Made by a program: the position numbers and the translations under genes. Below the pieces are notes generated by a model, which saw only the letters and a list, made by a program, of their open reading frames with translations, was not told where the DNA came from and did no database searches. A stretch of 64,000 bases of DNA from Blasia pusilla (taxonomy: Eukaryota), in contig CM114271.1 of assembly GCA_050084515.1 (NCBI GenBank), positions 26,350,001 through 26,414,000 of the forward strand, in the 5' to 3' direction. Positions 63,251-64,000 of this stretch are shown here, piece after piece (within the stretch, counting starts at the first letter, position 1; each line of letters begins with the position of its first letter).

Positions 63251-64000
63251 ACCTCCCCCCCTCCCTCTCAATATCCACTCTCATATGGACTACCGTCTTG
63301 GACCAATGCCAAGACCCTTCAAATATCGGTAAAGATGATCTCCACTCAAAGCTTTCGTGAAGATGCCTACACGGTTATCCTCTGTTGGACATAAGATATC
63401 CATTTGCATCTTCTCCTTCAATAACTCAATCAGCTTGGGAATCATCGCTCGTGGTACTAGTATGATTCCTAAGCTAGTTTCTTGAGCTTGTGCTTAGGTA
63501 CTAGCTCAAAACCTCTCTCTCGATCAACTCATGAAAAAAATTATATTGGATCTCTATGTGCTTCGTACGAACATGAAACACAAGATTATGTGTTATGGCA
63601 ATGCAACTCTGATTGTCATACCACATTACAATAGCACTTTTGGTGCTTCTCCTATGTCCTTCAATATCCATCTCAACCATACTGCTTCACAAGAAGCATG
63701 ACAAGTTGCCTTGTAATCTACCTCGATAGAAGAAAGATCCACTGCAGGTTGCTTCTTGCTGACCCATGACACCACATTTGATCCTACCAAGAAGCAATAA
63801 CCCAAAATTGATCTTCAAGAATGTGAATCTCATGCCCAATCCGAGTCACAAAAGGCTGTCATTTTCATTCCTGCTCCATAGGTGATGTTGTACTTGATAG
63901 TGCCTTTGATGTACTTCAACACACACATCCCTGCCTTCATGGTTCTCACGAGGCTTAGTTGAGAACCAACTCAACACTCCCACATCGAAGCTAATGTCTA
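63251..64000 (-). mobile_element. Ty1/copia RT-end/RNase H region, degenerate, truncated by the window edge
   Basis: DISFDVGVLSWF...VLKYIKGT...AFCDSDWA*DSHS*RSILGYCFLVGSNVVSWVSKKQPAVDLSSIEVDYK...CEAVWLRWILKDIG...DNQSCIAI. Confidence 0.92.

Overview
Eukaryotic land-plant genomic DNA, most likely a bryophyte and probably a liverwort (inference). The only convincing host genes are two convergent (tail-to-tail), 3-exon SQUAMOSA promoter-binding-protein-like (SBP-box/SPL) transcription factors. Gene A (+, 8009-15346, ~695 aa) carries a miR156/miR529 target site in exon 3 and probably uses a GC-AG second intron. Gene B (-, 31316-27862, ~655 aa) is SPL8/clade-III-like and has no miR156 site. The two proteins share a colinear series of short motifs through their last exons, but differ where gene A's miRNA site lies, which suggests an old local duplication followed by gain or loss of miRNA control. 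Each gene has a long GC-rich upstream region. The region upstream of gene B holds a perfect 21-bp-stem hairpin, G-boxes and TGTCGG elements. The rest is AT-rich transposon debris: an intron-containing Helitron RepHel pseudogene, two fragments of a second Helitron-like Rep family, a non-autonomous Helitron inside a minisatellite, two Ty1/copia remnants (one with a complete LTR), a CRE-like RLE non-LTR retrotransposon, and several small repeats. Most ORFs in the supplied track are spurious.
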